Assembly: GCA_963843975.1 (NCBI GenBank)
Contig: CAWJMG010000001.1
Location: 120,001 to 152,000 of the forward strand
Direction: 5' to 3'
Length of the DNA: 32,000 nt
Source of the DNA: an uncultured Actinomycetes bacterium
GTDB taxonomy: Bacteria; Actinomycetota; Actinomycetes; S36-B12; CAIYMF01
A model generated the notes under the pieces. The model was not told where the DNA came from, did not search any database, and saw only the letters and a list, made by a program, of their open reading frames with translations. The position numbers were made by a program, and so were the translations under genes. Shown one piece after another: positions 1 through 7,053 of the stretch; positions within the stretch are counted from its first letter, which is position 1; each line of letters begins with the position of its first letter.

Positions 1-40
1 CCGTGGTCTCGCCGTACGCCGGGTGGATGTCGGCCTTCAT
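1..40 (-). CDS. rpmE: 50S ribosomal protein L31, first 13 codons only (gene runs off the left edge)
   Basis: Reverse strand reads AAGGAGAcagacATG AAG GCC GAC ATC CAC CCG GCG TAC GGC GAG ACC ACG = MKADIHPAYGETT, the canonical L31 N-terminus. A strong SD lies 6 nt upstream. The gene sits where rpmE is expected downstream of rho in actinobacteria. Confidence 0.7.
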   Translation of the reverse strand, partial: MKADIHPAYGETT

Positions 41-219
41 GTCTGTCTCCTTGGTCGTGGCCGGGTCGTGCTCGCCGAGGCGGCACGTGAACCGGACACC
101 GTGAGTGGGACTGCACCGACCGGAAGCCGGGGTACCAGCAGGCAAGTGTGCCACCCGATCGACGCACCCTCCAAACCGGCGACCCCTGCCCCGCATTCCC
201 CAGGAGGGATCAGCGCAGG

Positions 220-1842
220 TCAGGGGCTCAGCGGGCGATGTACGCCTGGCGGATCTGGGCGGCGGTGAGCACCACGTTGTGCACGGAGATCTCGTCGAGC
301 GAGCCGCCGGTGTACGGGCGGTTCTGGGCGGTGGCGGAGTTGGTGGTGGGGTTGTTCGTGCCCGTCCAGCTGCCGCCCCAGCCCGCGAGGTTGCCGCAGC
401 CTGCGCGCCACCAGCCGGTGGTCGCCTCCCCCGCGTTGTTGGCGTCCGTCGCCACGAGGGCGCCGTCGACGTACAGCGCCATGCCCGTGGCGCCGAGCGT
501 CGCCGCCGCCATGTGCCACTGGCCGTCGGTGTAGTCCGTGGCGGTGCCGCTGCCGATGGTGAAGTAGTTGTTGTTGTAGACGCCGAACCACACCTGGCCG
601 TTGCCGTCGACGTACAGGTGGCGGTCGTAGGTGCCGCCGCCGCCCGCGGGCGACACGCCCGTGCGGGGTGCTTCGAAGCCGATCAGCTTGCCGTTCGCCG
701 TTCCCGTGCCCATGAACCAGGCGATCACGGTGACCGAGGTGGGTGCGTTGATCGCCGTCGTGCTGGTGGTGTTGATGCACGCGTTGGCGCTGTTGAGCGT
801 CACGCCGGTGTCCGGGGTGTCGGTCAGGAACGCGCCGTTGACGCCGCGGGTGAAGTTCGCGGCGTTGGCGTTGGGCGAGTACGTGCCGGTGCGGCCGTTG
901 CCGGTGGCATCGGCCGCGGTGGTCGGGGTCGTCCCTGTCTCGTCCAGCTTCCAGTAGAGGTACGGCGTGTAGCCGGTGATGGTGGTCGTGTAGCTCCAGT
1001 TCGGGACCGTGAACGCGTTGGCGGTGTTCCTCGTCGTCGCGGAGAACGCGGCGGCCGTCGAGGTGGGCACGAGCAGACCCGCGAGCATGAGGACGAGCAG
1101 CGCGCCGCGGCGGCGCAGCATCGAGAGGGTGCTCTGGCGACGCAGGCCCGGGTCGAGCGGCTTGCTGGCGGCGACGTCGAGGCCGCTGCCAGTTCCGAGG
1201 CGGCTGGGCAGCGGGAGCAGCTTCGCCCCCGGGGCCGTCCGGACCGTCGCCGTCGGCGCCCTCGACGTCCTCGGGCTCCTCGTCGTCGCGGTCGCGGCCG
1301 ACGAGGTACGACGCGACGACCAGGCTCAGCAGGAACAGGCCCAGCAGGAACCACTGGCCGGTGTGCATCCACACCATGGGCAGACCCGCGAACGTGACGA
1401 GCAGCCGGCCCAGGCCGCGGACGTCCTCGACCTTCAGCGGCGCGGTGTCGGCGTTCGGGTTGGCGTCGCCCTTGGTGGTCATCGTGCCGTCGTCGTTCAG
1501 GGCGATGACGCGGTGGGTCTTCGTGCTGCCGGGGCGCTCGGCGTCGTTGAAGACGGCGACGCGGCCGAGCAGGACGGTGGGGTCGGTCTCCGGCGCGGCG
1601 AGCACGATGTCGCCGACGTCGATGCGCGGCTGCATCGAGCCGCTCTCCACGACGAACGGGCGCCAGCCGATGACCATCGGCAGCAGCGTGACGAGCAGGC
1701 AGCCGGCGACGAACCACAGCCACGTGCGCGCCACGAGCGCGGCCAGGAACAGGCCGGTCGAGGAGCGGTGGAGCGGCTCCGTGCCCGGGGTCGACGCGGT
1801 GGCGTCGCCCTCGGGCTGCGGTGCCGCGGCCGTGGCGGCCAT
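220..1842 (-). CDS. sipW: Signal peptidase I, SipW/archaeal-eukaryal type (S26B). The catalytic part is encoded by ~1294..1842. The ORF has no stop until 220, so its real 3' end is uncertain.
   Basis: ATG at 1842 is preceded by AGGAGG (caggaggaccgacATG). After N-terminal TM LFLAALVARTWLWFVAGCLLVTLL come the Ser box VVESGSMQP, the His box KTHRVIAL and TKGDANPNAD, then C-terminal TM WFLLGLFLLSLVVASYLV and an acidic tail. Downstream of ~aa 215 the translation becomes Arg/His-rich nonsense while fully overlapping the LamG gene in another frame. Confidence 0.8.
   Translation of the reverse strand: MAATAAAPQPEGDATASTPGTEPLHRSSTGLFLAALVARTWLWFVAGCLLVTLLPMVIGWRPFVVESGSMQPRIDVGDIVLAAPETDPTVLLGRVAVFNDAERPGSTKTHRVIALNDDGTMTTKGDANPNADTAPLKVEDVRGLGRLLVTFAGLPMVWMHTGQWFLLGLFLLSLVVASYLVGRDRDDEEPEDVEGADGDGPDGPGGEAAPAAQPPRNWQRPRRRRQQAARPGPASPEHPLDAAPPRRAARPHARGSARAHLDGRRVLRDDEEHRQRVHGPELELHDHHHRLHAVPLLEAGRDRDDPDHRGRCHRQRPHRHVLAQRQRRELHPRRQRRVPDRHPGHRRDAQQRQRVHQHHQHDGDQRTHLGHRDRLVHGHGNGERQADRLRSTPHGRVARGRRRHLRPPPVRRRQRPGVVRRLQQQLLHHRQRHRHGLHRRPVAHGGGDARRHGHGAVRRRRPRGDGRQQRGGGDHRLVARRLRQPRGLGRQLDGHEQPHHQLRHRPEPPVHRRLARRDLRAQRGAHRRPDPPGVHRPLSP
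228..1121 (-). CDS. Secreted LamG / concanavalin-A-like lectin-fold protein with a SipW-type (TasA-like) signal peptide
   Basis: 297-aa ORF. N-terminus MLRRRGALLVLMLAGLLVPTSTAAAF|SATTRNTANAF is a basic n-region, h-region and AAF motif. The body is Laminin_G_3-like (VTVIAWF..., GQWHMAAATL..GMALYVDG, C-terminal LDEISVHNVVLTAAQI). GC3 is high. There is no obvious SD before the ATG. Confidence 0.8.
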   Translation of the reverse strand: MLRRRGALLVLMLAGLLVPTSTAAAFSATTRNTANAFTVPNWSYTTTITGYTPYLYWKLDETGTTPTTAADATGNGRTGTYSPNANAANFTRGVNGAFLTDTPDTGVTLNSANACINTTSTTAINAPTSVTVIAWFMGTGTANGKLIGFEAPRTGVSPAGGGGTYDRHLYVDGNGQVWFGVYNNNYFTIGSGTATDYTDGQWHMAAATLGATGMALYVDGALVATDANNAGEATTGWWRAGCGNLAGWGGSWTGTNNPTTNSATAQNRPYTGGSLDEISVHNVVLTAAQIRQAYIAR

Positions 1843-2060
1843 GTCGGTCCTCCTGCGCAGGTTCCCCGTGCGTGGGTCGGTGGTGCAGATCGTTCGAGGC
1901 GTTCCGTCGTCCACGGCACCGCCCGGCCCCCACCGGACGGCCCCGTCGAGGACGGGAGCCGGTCGGTGTGCCCTGCGCCCCCCGCGCAGGGCACACCGAC
2001 GGCGTGTCACGTCACGGTCTCGTCATCCCCCGGATGACGCCCCCAGAGTGACGTCGACGA

Positions 2061-2687
2061 CTACTGGATCTCCCACGTGAGGTCGGCCTGGGCGGTCGAG
2101 CTCTGCAGCGCGTTGTCACCGGCGGTCGAGCCGGTGGTCGGCAGCGTGTAGGTGATGCGGTACGCCACGCGCTGGGTGCCGGAGGCAACCGCGACGCCGG
2201 TGGCGCTCGCGTAGTCGGTCGGCAGGGCCGACAGGGCCACGGCGTTGTGCAGCGTGGTGATGCCCGTCGCCGGGAAGTTGGTGCAGTTGGCGGCGACGTT
2301 CGTCGCGGCAGCGACGCCGGCGGCCTCGACCGTGATCTTCAGGGCCGGGGCGAGAGCGGCGGAGTTGGTGCCGGTGACGGCGCCGCGGAAGAGCTTCAGG
2401 CTGCCCGCGAGCGAGCCGCCGCTCTGGACGGTGATGCACTTGGCCACAGCGGCCTGGTCGACCTTGATGCCGGTCTCGGTGAACAGCGCGGTGGTGGTGC
2501 CGCTGTAGGTGGCGGTGCCGCCGTTGTTGGTCAGCGCGAGGCTGCCGGTCGACCACGCGTCGGACGTGTTGTTCGTGGTGGCGTTGAAGGCTGCGTAGCT
2601 GCCCTGCCAGACGAGCAGGCCCGCGGCCAGGAGGCCGGCGACCGGCGCGACCGAGCGGACGGCGCGAGCACGGGTGGTGCGGTTCAT
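2061..2687 (-). CDS. TasA/camelysin-like secreted protein with a SipW-cognate ('alternate-type') signal peptide
   Basis: Start ATG at 2687 has SD ccGGAGGggaatctcATG. N-terminus MNRTTRARAVRSVAPVAGLLAAGLLVWQGSYAAF|NATTNNTSDAWSTGSLAL parallels B. subtilis TasA (..GGGTWAAFNDIKSKDATFASGTLDL). The protein is Thr/Ala/Gly-rich and beta-rich, with two Cys and a C-terminal ..ADLTWEIQ. The upstream part of the track ORF (2688..2744) is ignored. Confidence 0.75.
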   Translation of the reverse strand: MNRTTRARAVRSVAPVAGLLAAGLLVWQGSYAAFNATTNNTSDAWSTGSLALTNNGGTATYSGTTTALFTETGIKVDQAAVAKCITVQSGGSLAGSLKLFRGAVTGTNSAALAPALKITVEAAGVAAATNVAANCTNFPATGITTLHNAVALSALPTDYASATGVAVASGTQRVAYRITYTLPTTGSTAGDNALQSSTAQADLTWEIQ

Positions 2688-2853
2688 GAGATTCCCCTCC
2701 GGAAAGAAAAAGACTGCGATCACACCCCCGTGCAGAGCAGTCATCGACCCGTGGCGTCACTCCTTGAGCGCAAGGAGAGGAAAAAGTTGGCCATCCGTGC
2801 GGGCCGAACGGGTGAATCCGGACCGGTTCGGGCGCGCGGGCCTCAAGACAGGC

Positions 2854-2886
2854 GAAAGGGCCGCCCCCGAGGGGAGCGGGCCTTTC
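2854..2886 (-). terminator. Stem-loop immediately downstream of rho (11-bp stem with one mismatch, no U-tract)
   Basis: Minus strand GAAAGGCCCGC-tcccctcggg-GCGGCCCTTTC lies 23 nt after the rho TAG. This is the GC-rich hairpin type common in actinobacteria. Confidence 0.4.
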
Positions 2887-2908
2887 GGAGAGCTGGTGGA
2901 GCGGGTGG

Positions 2909-4786
2909 CTACTCGTCGTCGTCGCTCGAGGAGCCGACGGCCATGGGGGTCGTCTTCTGCACCTGGAGCAGGAAGTCGAAGTTGCTCTTGGTCTCGCGGA
3001 GCTTGCCGAGCAGGAGCTCGATGGCCTGCTGCTGGTCGAGCGCGTGGAGCACGCGGCGCAGCTTCCACACGGTCTTGAGCTCGTCCGGCGCCATGAGGAT
3101 CTCCTCCTTGCGCGTGCCGGAGGCATCGATGTCGACCGCGGGGAAGATGCGCTTGTCCGCGAGCTTGCGGTCGAGCTTGAGCTCCATGTTTCCGGTGCCC
3201 TTGAACTCCTCGAAGATGACCTCGTCCATGCGGGAGCCGGTCTCGACGAGGGCGGTCGCGAGGATCGTGAGCGATCCGCCGTTCTCGATGTTGCGAGCAG
3301 CACCGAAGAAGCGCTTCGGCGGGTACAGCGCGGCGGAGTCGACACCGCCGGAGAGGATGCGGCCGGAGGCCGGCGCCGCGAGGTTGTAGGCGCGACCGAG
3401 ACGCGTCATCGAGTCGAGCAGGACGACGACGTCGTGCCCGAGCTCCACGAGGCGCTTGGCCCGCTCGATGGCCAGCTCGGCAACCGTGGTGTGGTCCTCC
3501 GCGGGCCGGTCGAAGGTCGAGGCGATGACCTCGCCCTTCACCGAGCGCTGCATGTCGGTGACCTCCTCGGGCCGCTCGTCGACGAGCACGACCATGAGGT
3601 GGACCTCGGGGTTGTTCTGGGTGATCGCATTGGCGATCGCCTGCAGCACCATCGTCTTGCCGGCCTTGGGCGGCGAGACGATGAGGCCGCGCTGGCCCTT
3701 GCCGATCGGGGCGACCAGGTCGATCACGCGGGTGACGAGGTTCGTGCCGTCGGTCTCGAGGCGGAGCCGCTCCTGCGGGTAGAGCGGGGTCAGCTTGCCG
3801 AACTCGATGCGGTTGCGCGACTGCTCGGGGTCGGCGCCGTTGACGGTCTCGACGCGCACGAGCGGGTTGAACTTCTGGGCCTTGTCACCCTCGCGCGGCT
3901 GGCGCACGACACCGGTGATGGCGTCGCCCTTGCGCAGGCCGTAGCGGCGGGTCATCTGGAGCGAGACGTACACGTCGTTGTGGCCGGGCAGGTAGCCGCT
4001 CGTCCGGACGAAGGCGTAGCTGTCCATGATGTCGAGGATTCCGGCCACGGGGAGCAGCACGTCGTCCTCAGTGACCTCGACGTCGCCCTCGAACCCGCGG
4101 GGGGCGCGCTGGTTGCGGTTCTGGCGGTCGTTGCGCGGGCCGCGGTCGTCGCGGTCGAAGCCCGGACGGTCGCGGTCACGGCCCCGACGGCGCCGACGGC
4201 TGTTGCGGCCGCCGCGCTCGTCGTCGAAGTCGCCGCCGTTGCCCTGGCCGCCCTGGTTCTGGCCGCCCTGGTTCTGGCCGCCCTGGTTCTGGCCGCGGTC
4301 CTGGTTCTGGTCGCGGGGCTGGCGCTCCTCGCGCGGCGGGCGGTCGTTGCCGCTGTTCTGGTTCTGGCCGCGGTCCTCACGGTCGTCGCGGGCCGGGCGG
4401 TCGCCGCGGTCCTGGCGCTCCTGGCGGGACGGTCGGTCGCCGCGGTCCTGACGGGGCTGGCGGTCGCCGCGGTCCTCACGGGCCGGGCGGTCGCCGCCCT
4501 CGGCCGGGGTCTCGGCGCGCTCCTCGCGGGCGGGGCGGTCCTCGCGGGCGGGGCGGTCCTCACGGGCCGGGCGGTCCTCACGGGCCGGGCGCTCGCCGCG
4601 GGCGGCACCGCCGCCGGAGCCGCCGACCTGGCGCGCGCTGATGGCGCTGACGAGGTCGGCCTTGCGCATGCCCGACGCTCCGCTGATGCCGAGCTGGCCG
4701 GCGAGGGCCTTGAGCTCGGGGAGCAGCATCGCGCTGAGGCCGCCGCCCTTGCGGGCGGTCGAGCTGGTCTGGGTGGTCTCGGTCAC
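2909..4786 (-). CDS. rho: Transcription termination factor Rho with a long Arg/Asp/Gly/Gln-rich insertion in the N-terminal region
   Basis: N-terminal Rho_N motif LSAMLLPELKALAGQLGISGASGMRKADLVSAI. CSD-like RNA-binding region GILDIMDSYAFVRTSGYLPGHNDVYVS. Walker A GQRGLIVSPPKAGKT, plus the Q- and R-loops and a RecA-type ATPase core. Start assigned to GTG 4786 (VTETTQTSS...); GTG 4795 is an alternative. The first 79 codons of the track ORF are rejected. Confidence 0.93.
   Translation of the reverse strand: MTETTQTSSTARKGGGLSAMLLPELKALAGQLGISGASGMRKADLVSAISARQVGGSGGGAARGERPAREDRPAREDRPAREDRPAREERAETPAEGGDRPAREDRGDRQPRQDRGDRPSRQERQDRGDRPARDDREDRGQNQNSGNDRPPREERQPRDQNQDRGQNQGGQNQGGQNQGGQGNGGDFDDERGGRNSRRRRRGRDRDRPGFDRDDRGPRNDRQNRNQRAPRGFEGDVEVTEDDVLLPVAGILDIMDSYAFVRTSGYLPGHNDVYVSLQMTRRYGLRKGDAITGVVRQPREGDKAQKFNPLVRVETVNGADPEQSRNRIEFGKLTPLYPQERLRLETDGTNLVTRVIDLVAPIGKGQRGLIVSPPKAGKTMVLQAIANAITQNNPEVHLMVVLVDERPEEVTDMQRSVKGEVIASTFDRPAEDHTTVAELAIERAKRLVELGHDVVVLLDSMTRLGRAYNLAAPASGRILSGGVDSAALYPPKRFFGAARNIENGGSLTILATALVETGSRMDEVIFEEFKGTGNMELKLDRKLADKRIFPAVDIDASGTRKEEILMAPDELKTVWKLRRVLHALDQQQAIELLLGKLRETKSNFDFLLQVQKTTPMAVGSSSDDDE
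4246..4308 (-). repeat. In-frame tandem repeat inside rho: 3 x 15 nt (tggccgccctggttc) plus an 18-nt variant, encoding (GQNQG)n
   Basis: Read directly: identical 15-mers at 4246-4260, 4261-4275 and 4276-4290. Protein ...DRGQNQGGQNQGGQNQGGQGNGG. Confidence 0.9.
4522..4593 (-). repeat. In-frame tandem repeat inside rho: 4 x 18 nt encoding (RPARED/E)4
   Basis: Units cctcgcgggcggggcggt x2, then cctcacgggccgggcggt and cctcacgggccgggcgct. Protein ERPAREDRPAREDRPAREDRPAREE. Confidence 0.9.
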
Positions 4787-5032
4787 CGAGTGCACCTTCG
4801 CGTTCTGTGGAGAGGTCGTCCGCCGGAAGACGGACAGGGTTGTCGTGCCTCGGCAGGCTCGGGAAAGTGGCCGGCGAGCGGGAGCACGGGTGTCCGGGGG
4901 CGGCGCGCAGGAGCGACTGCGGGTTTCTGGAGAGGCTCCGTCGGGCATCGATCCGTCAGAACGACGGACGGTGCGGGCCCTGGATGCGACGAGAGTAACA
5001 CCTGGTCCAGGGTCCGAGTCCAACCGCCACCC

Positions 5033-5974
5033 TTACGAGACCGGCAGGACCCGGGCGCCCTCGCGGTCGACCTCGAGGATGGACGTGGCGAACCGGGCTC
5101 CGGCGAGGGCGGCGACCTTCGGCGCGGAGTCCGCGTCGGCGAGGGCCAGCACGGTCGGCCCGGCACCGCTGACGGCGGCGGGGATGCCGGCCGCACGCAG
5201 CTTGGCCACGAGGTCGGTCGTGCGTGGGTACGCCGGCCGACGGTACGGCTGGTGGAGCCGGTCGTCGGTCGCCTCGAGGAGGAGGTCCGGCCGGGCGGTG
5301 AGCGCCTGCACCAGGAGCGCGGCGCGCGCGGCGTTCCACGCCGCGTCGGCGTGCGGGACGGTCTCGGGCAGCAGCGCCCGCGCCTTCTTCGTGGCCACGG
5401 CGGACGACGGCACGCACACGACCGGCACGAGGGACGACGTCGGCACGATGTCGACCACGCCGGTCGAGCGGGGGTCGGAGTCGCGGGTCCACGCGATGGT
5501 GGCGCCGCCGCGCAGACAGGCTGCGACGTTGTCGGGGTGGCCCTCGATGGTCGCCGCCAGCTCGAGCAGCGCGTCGTCGGGCAGCCGCTCCTCGCCTCCG
5601 ACCACGAGCGCGCGAGCGAGGAGGATGCCCGAGACGATGGCCGCGGCCGACGAACCGAGGCCGCGGCCGTGCGGAATCCTGTTGGCGCACACGAGATCCA
5701 GGCCGCGCGGCCTGCCGCCGAGGGCGTCGAACGCCTTGAGCGCGGCCTTGGCGACCAGGTGCCGGTGGTCGCGCGGGACGTCGTCCGCACCCTCGCCGTG
5801 GACGTCGACGCGCACGCCGGCATCGTCGGACACCTGGGCCACGACGTCGTCGTACAGCCCGAGCGCGAGGCCGAACGAGTCGAAGCCCGGGCCGAGGTTG
5901 GCCGAGGTCGCGGGCACCCGCACGCGGACCGCGGCCGCCCGGAAGACCGGACGGCCTGACGGGCGCGGCGTCAT
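5033..5974 (-). CDS. thrB: Homoserine kinase
   Basis: [38 protein letters not shown]... with GHMP kinase motif [12 protein letters not shown]. The ATG at 5974 overlaps the thrC stop (ATGA). TAA stop. Only the 3' third of track ORF 5033..7018 is used. Confidence 0.9.
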   Translation of the reverse strand: MTPRPSGRPVFRAAAVRVRVPATSANLGPGFDSFGLALGLYDDVVAQVSDDAGVRVDVHGEGADDVPRDHRHLVAKAALKAFDALGGRPRGLDLVCANRIPHGRGLGSSAAAIVSGILLARALVVGGEERLPDDALLELAATIEGHPDNVAACLRGGATIAWTRDSDPRSTGVVDIVPTSSLVPVVCVPSSAVATKKARALLPETVPHADAAWNAARAALLVQALTARPDLLLEATDDRLHQPYRRPAYPRTTDLVAKLRAAGIPAAVSGAGPTVLALADADSAPKVAALAGARFATSILEVDREGARVLPVS

Positions 5975-7053
5975 GCGAGGCCCAGCTGCAGAGCGGCGGC
6001 GTACGCGTCCACCTGCACGTGCGTGGGCTGCGGCGCCCCCGCGATCGCCCACTCCGGGTCCTTGAGGCCGTTGCCGGTCACGGTGCACACGACGGTCTGG
6101 CCCGGGTCGAGCAGGCCCTCCTTGTGCTTCTTCAGCAGCCCTGCGACCGACGCCGCCGACGCCGGCTCGACGAACACGGCCTCCTTCGCGGCGAGGAAGC
6201 GGTACGCCGAGAGGATCTCGCGGTCGGTCACGGCGTCGATGAGGCCGCCGGAGTCGTCGCGGGCGGCGACGGCCTGGTCCCACGAGGCCGGGTTGCCGAT
6301 CCGGATCGCCGTGGCGATGGTCGACGGATGCGTGACGGGGGCGCCGTTGACGATCGGCGCGGCGCCGGCGGCCTGGAAGCCCCACTCGCGCGGGCGCTTG
6401 GTGGCGAGGCCGTCGGCGGCGTACTCCACGAAGCCCTTCCAGTACGCCGTGATGTTGCCGGCGTTGCCCACGGGCAGGCAGTGGATGTCGGGGGCGTCGC
6501 CGAGGAAGTCGACGATCTCGAACGAGCCGGTCTTCTGGCCCTCGATGCGGAACGGGTTGACCGAGTTCACCAGCGAGACGGGGTAGCTCTCGGAGAGCTT
6601 GCGCGCGAGGGTGAGGCAGTCGTCGAAGTTGCCGTCGACCTGCAGGATCTTCGCGCCGTGCACGAGCGCCTGCGCCATCTTGCCGAGCGCGATCTTGCCG
6701 CTGGGCACGAGGACGGCGCAGACCATGCCCGCCTTCACGGCGTACGCCGCCGCAGACGCCGAGGTGTTGCCGGTGGACGCGCAGATGACGGCCTTGGCGC
6801 CCTCCTCGGCGGCCTTGGAGATCGCCATCGTCATGCCGCGGTCCTTGAAGGACCCGGTCGGGTTGGCGCCCTCGACCTTGATCCAGACCTCGCAGCCGGT
6901 CATCTCCGAGAGGACGCACGCGTAGACGAGCGGCGTGCCGCCCTCGCGCAGCGTCACGACGGGCGTCTTGTCGTTGACGGGGAGCCGGTGGCGGTACTCC
7001 TCGATCAGGCCACGCCACTGGCGGCTGGTGCCGACGGAGGTGGTGCCGCTCAT
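5971..7053 (-). CDS. thrC: Threonine synthase (PLP-dependent)
   Basis: 360 aa with the PLP lysine motif [10 protein letters not shown] and position in the hom-thrC-thrB operon. ATGA overlap with hom. Confidence 0.93.
   Translation of the reverse strand: MSGTTSVGTSRQWRGLIEEYRHRLPVNDKTPVVTLREGGTPLVYACVLSEMTGCEVWIKVEGANPTGSFKDRGMTMAISKAAEEGAKAVICASTGNTSASAAAYAVKAGMVCAVLVPSGKIALGKMAQALVHGAKILQVDGNFDDCLTLARKLSESYPVSLVNSVNPFRIEGQKTGSFEIVDFLGDAPDIHCLPVGNAGNITAYWKGFVEYAADGLATKRPREWGFQAAGAAPIVNGAPVTHPSTIATAIRIGNPASWDQAVAARDDSGGLIDAVTDREILSAYRFLAAKEAVFVEPASAASVAGLLKKHKEGLLDPGQTVVCTVTGNGLKDPEWAIAGAPQPTHVQVDAYAAALQLGLA

Noticed and set aside
41-227. Terminator or regulatory element between the LamG stop and the rpmE start
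   Set aside because: Only weak, interrupted pairings (GCCCCTG...CAGGGGT with a 31-nt loop). No convincing hairpin or recognisable leader motif.
105-1397. 430-aa plus-strand ORF (and 631..957, 148..534) opposite the LamG/sipW genes
   Set aside because: Arg/Gly/Val-rich shadow translation. The minus-strand LamG and SipW products have clear domain signatures.
2760-2780. Inverted repeat CTCCTTG-agcg-CAAGGAG upstream of the TasA-like gene as a terminator
   Set aside because: On the transcribed (minus) strand the T-run precedes the hairpin rather than following it. The rho terminator candidate lies further upstream at 2854-2886. It may be an operator for the cassette, but I cannot support that from sequence alone.
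4026-4608. Tandem repeats in 4246-4593 as a CRISPR-like or minisatellite element; ORFs 4026..4451(+) and 3952..4608(-)
   Set aside because: The repeats are contiguous with no spacers, in frame with rho, and encode its disordered insert. The alternative-frame ORFs are artefacts of the repeat.
3044-5959. 971-aa plus-strand ORF opposite rho and thrB
   Set aside because: Antisense shadow ORF. The composition is junk-like (runs of A/V/L/G mirroring the Rho repeats) with no recognisable motifs.
5975-7018. N-terminal 2/3 of the 661-aa ORF containing thrB
   Set aside because: It overlaps thrC out of frame. The thrB homology begins at [11 protein letters not shown], whose ATG overlaps the thrC stop.
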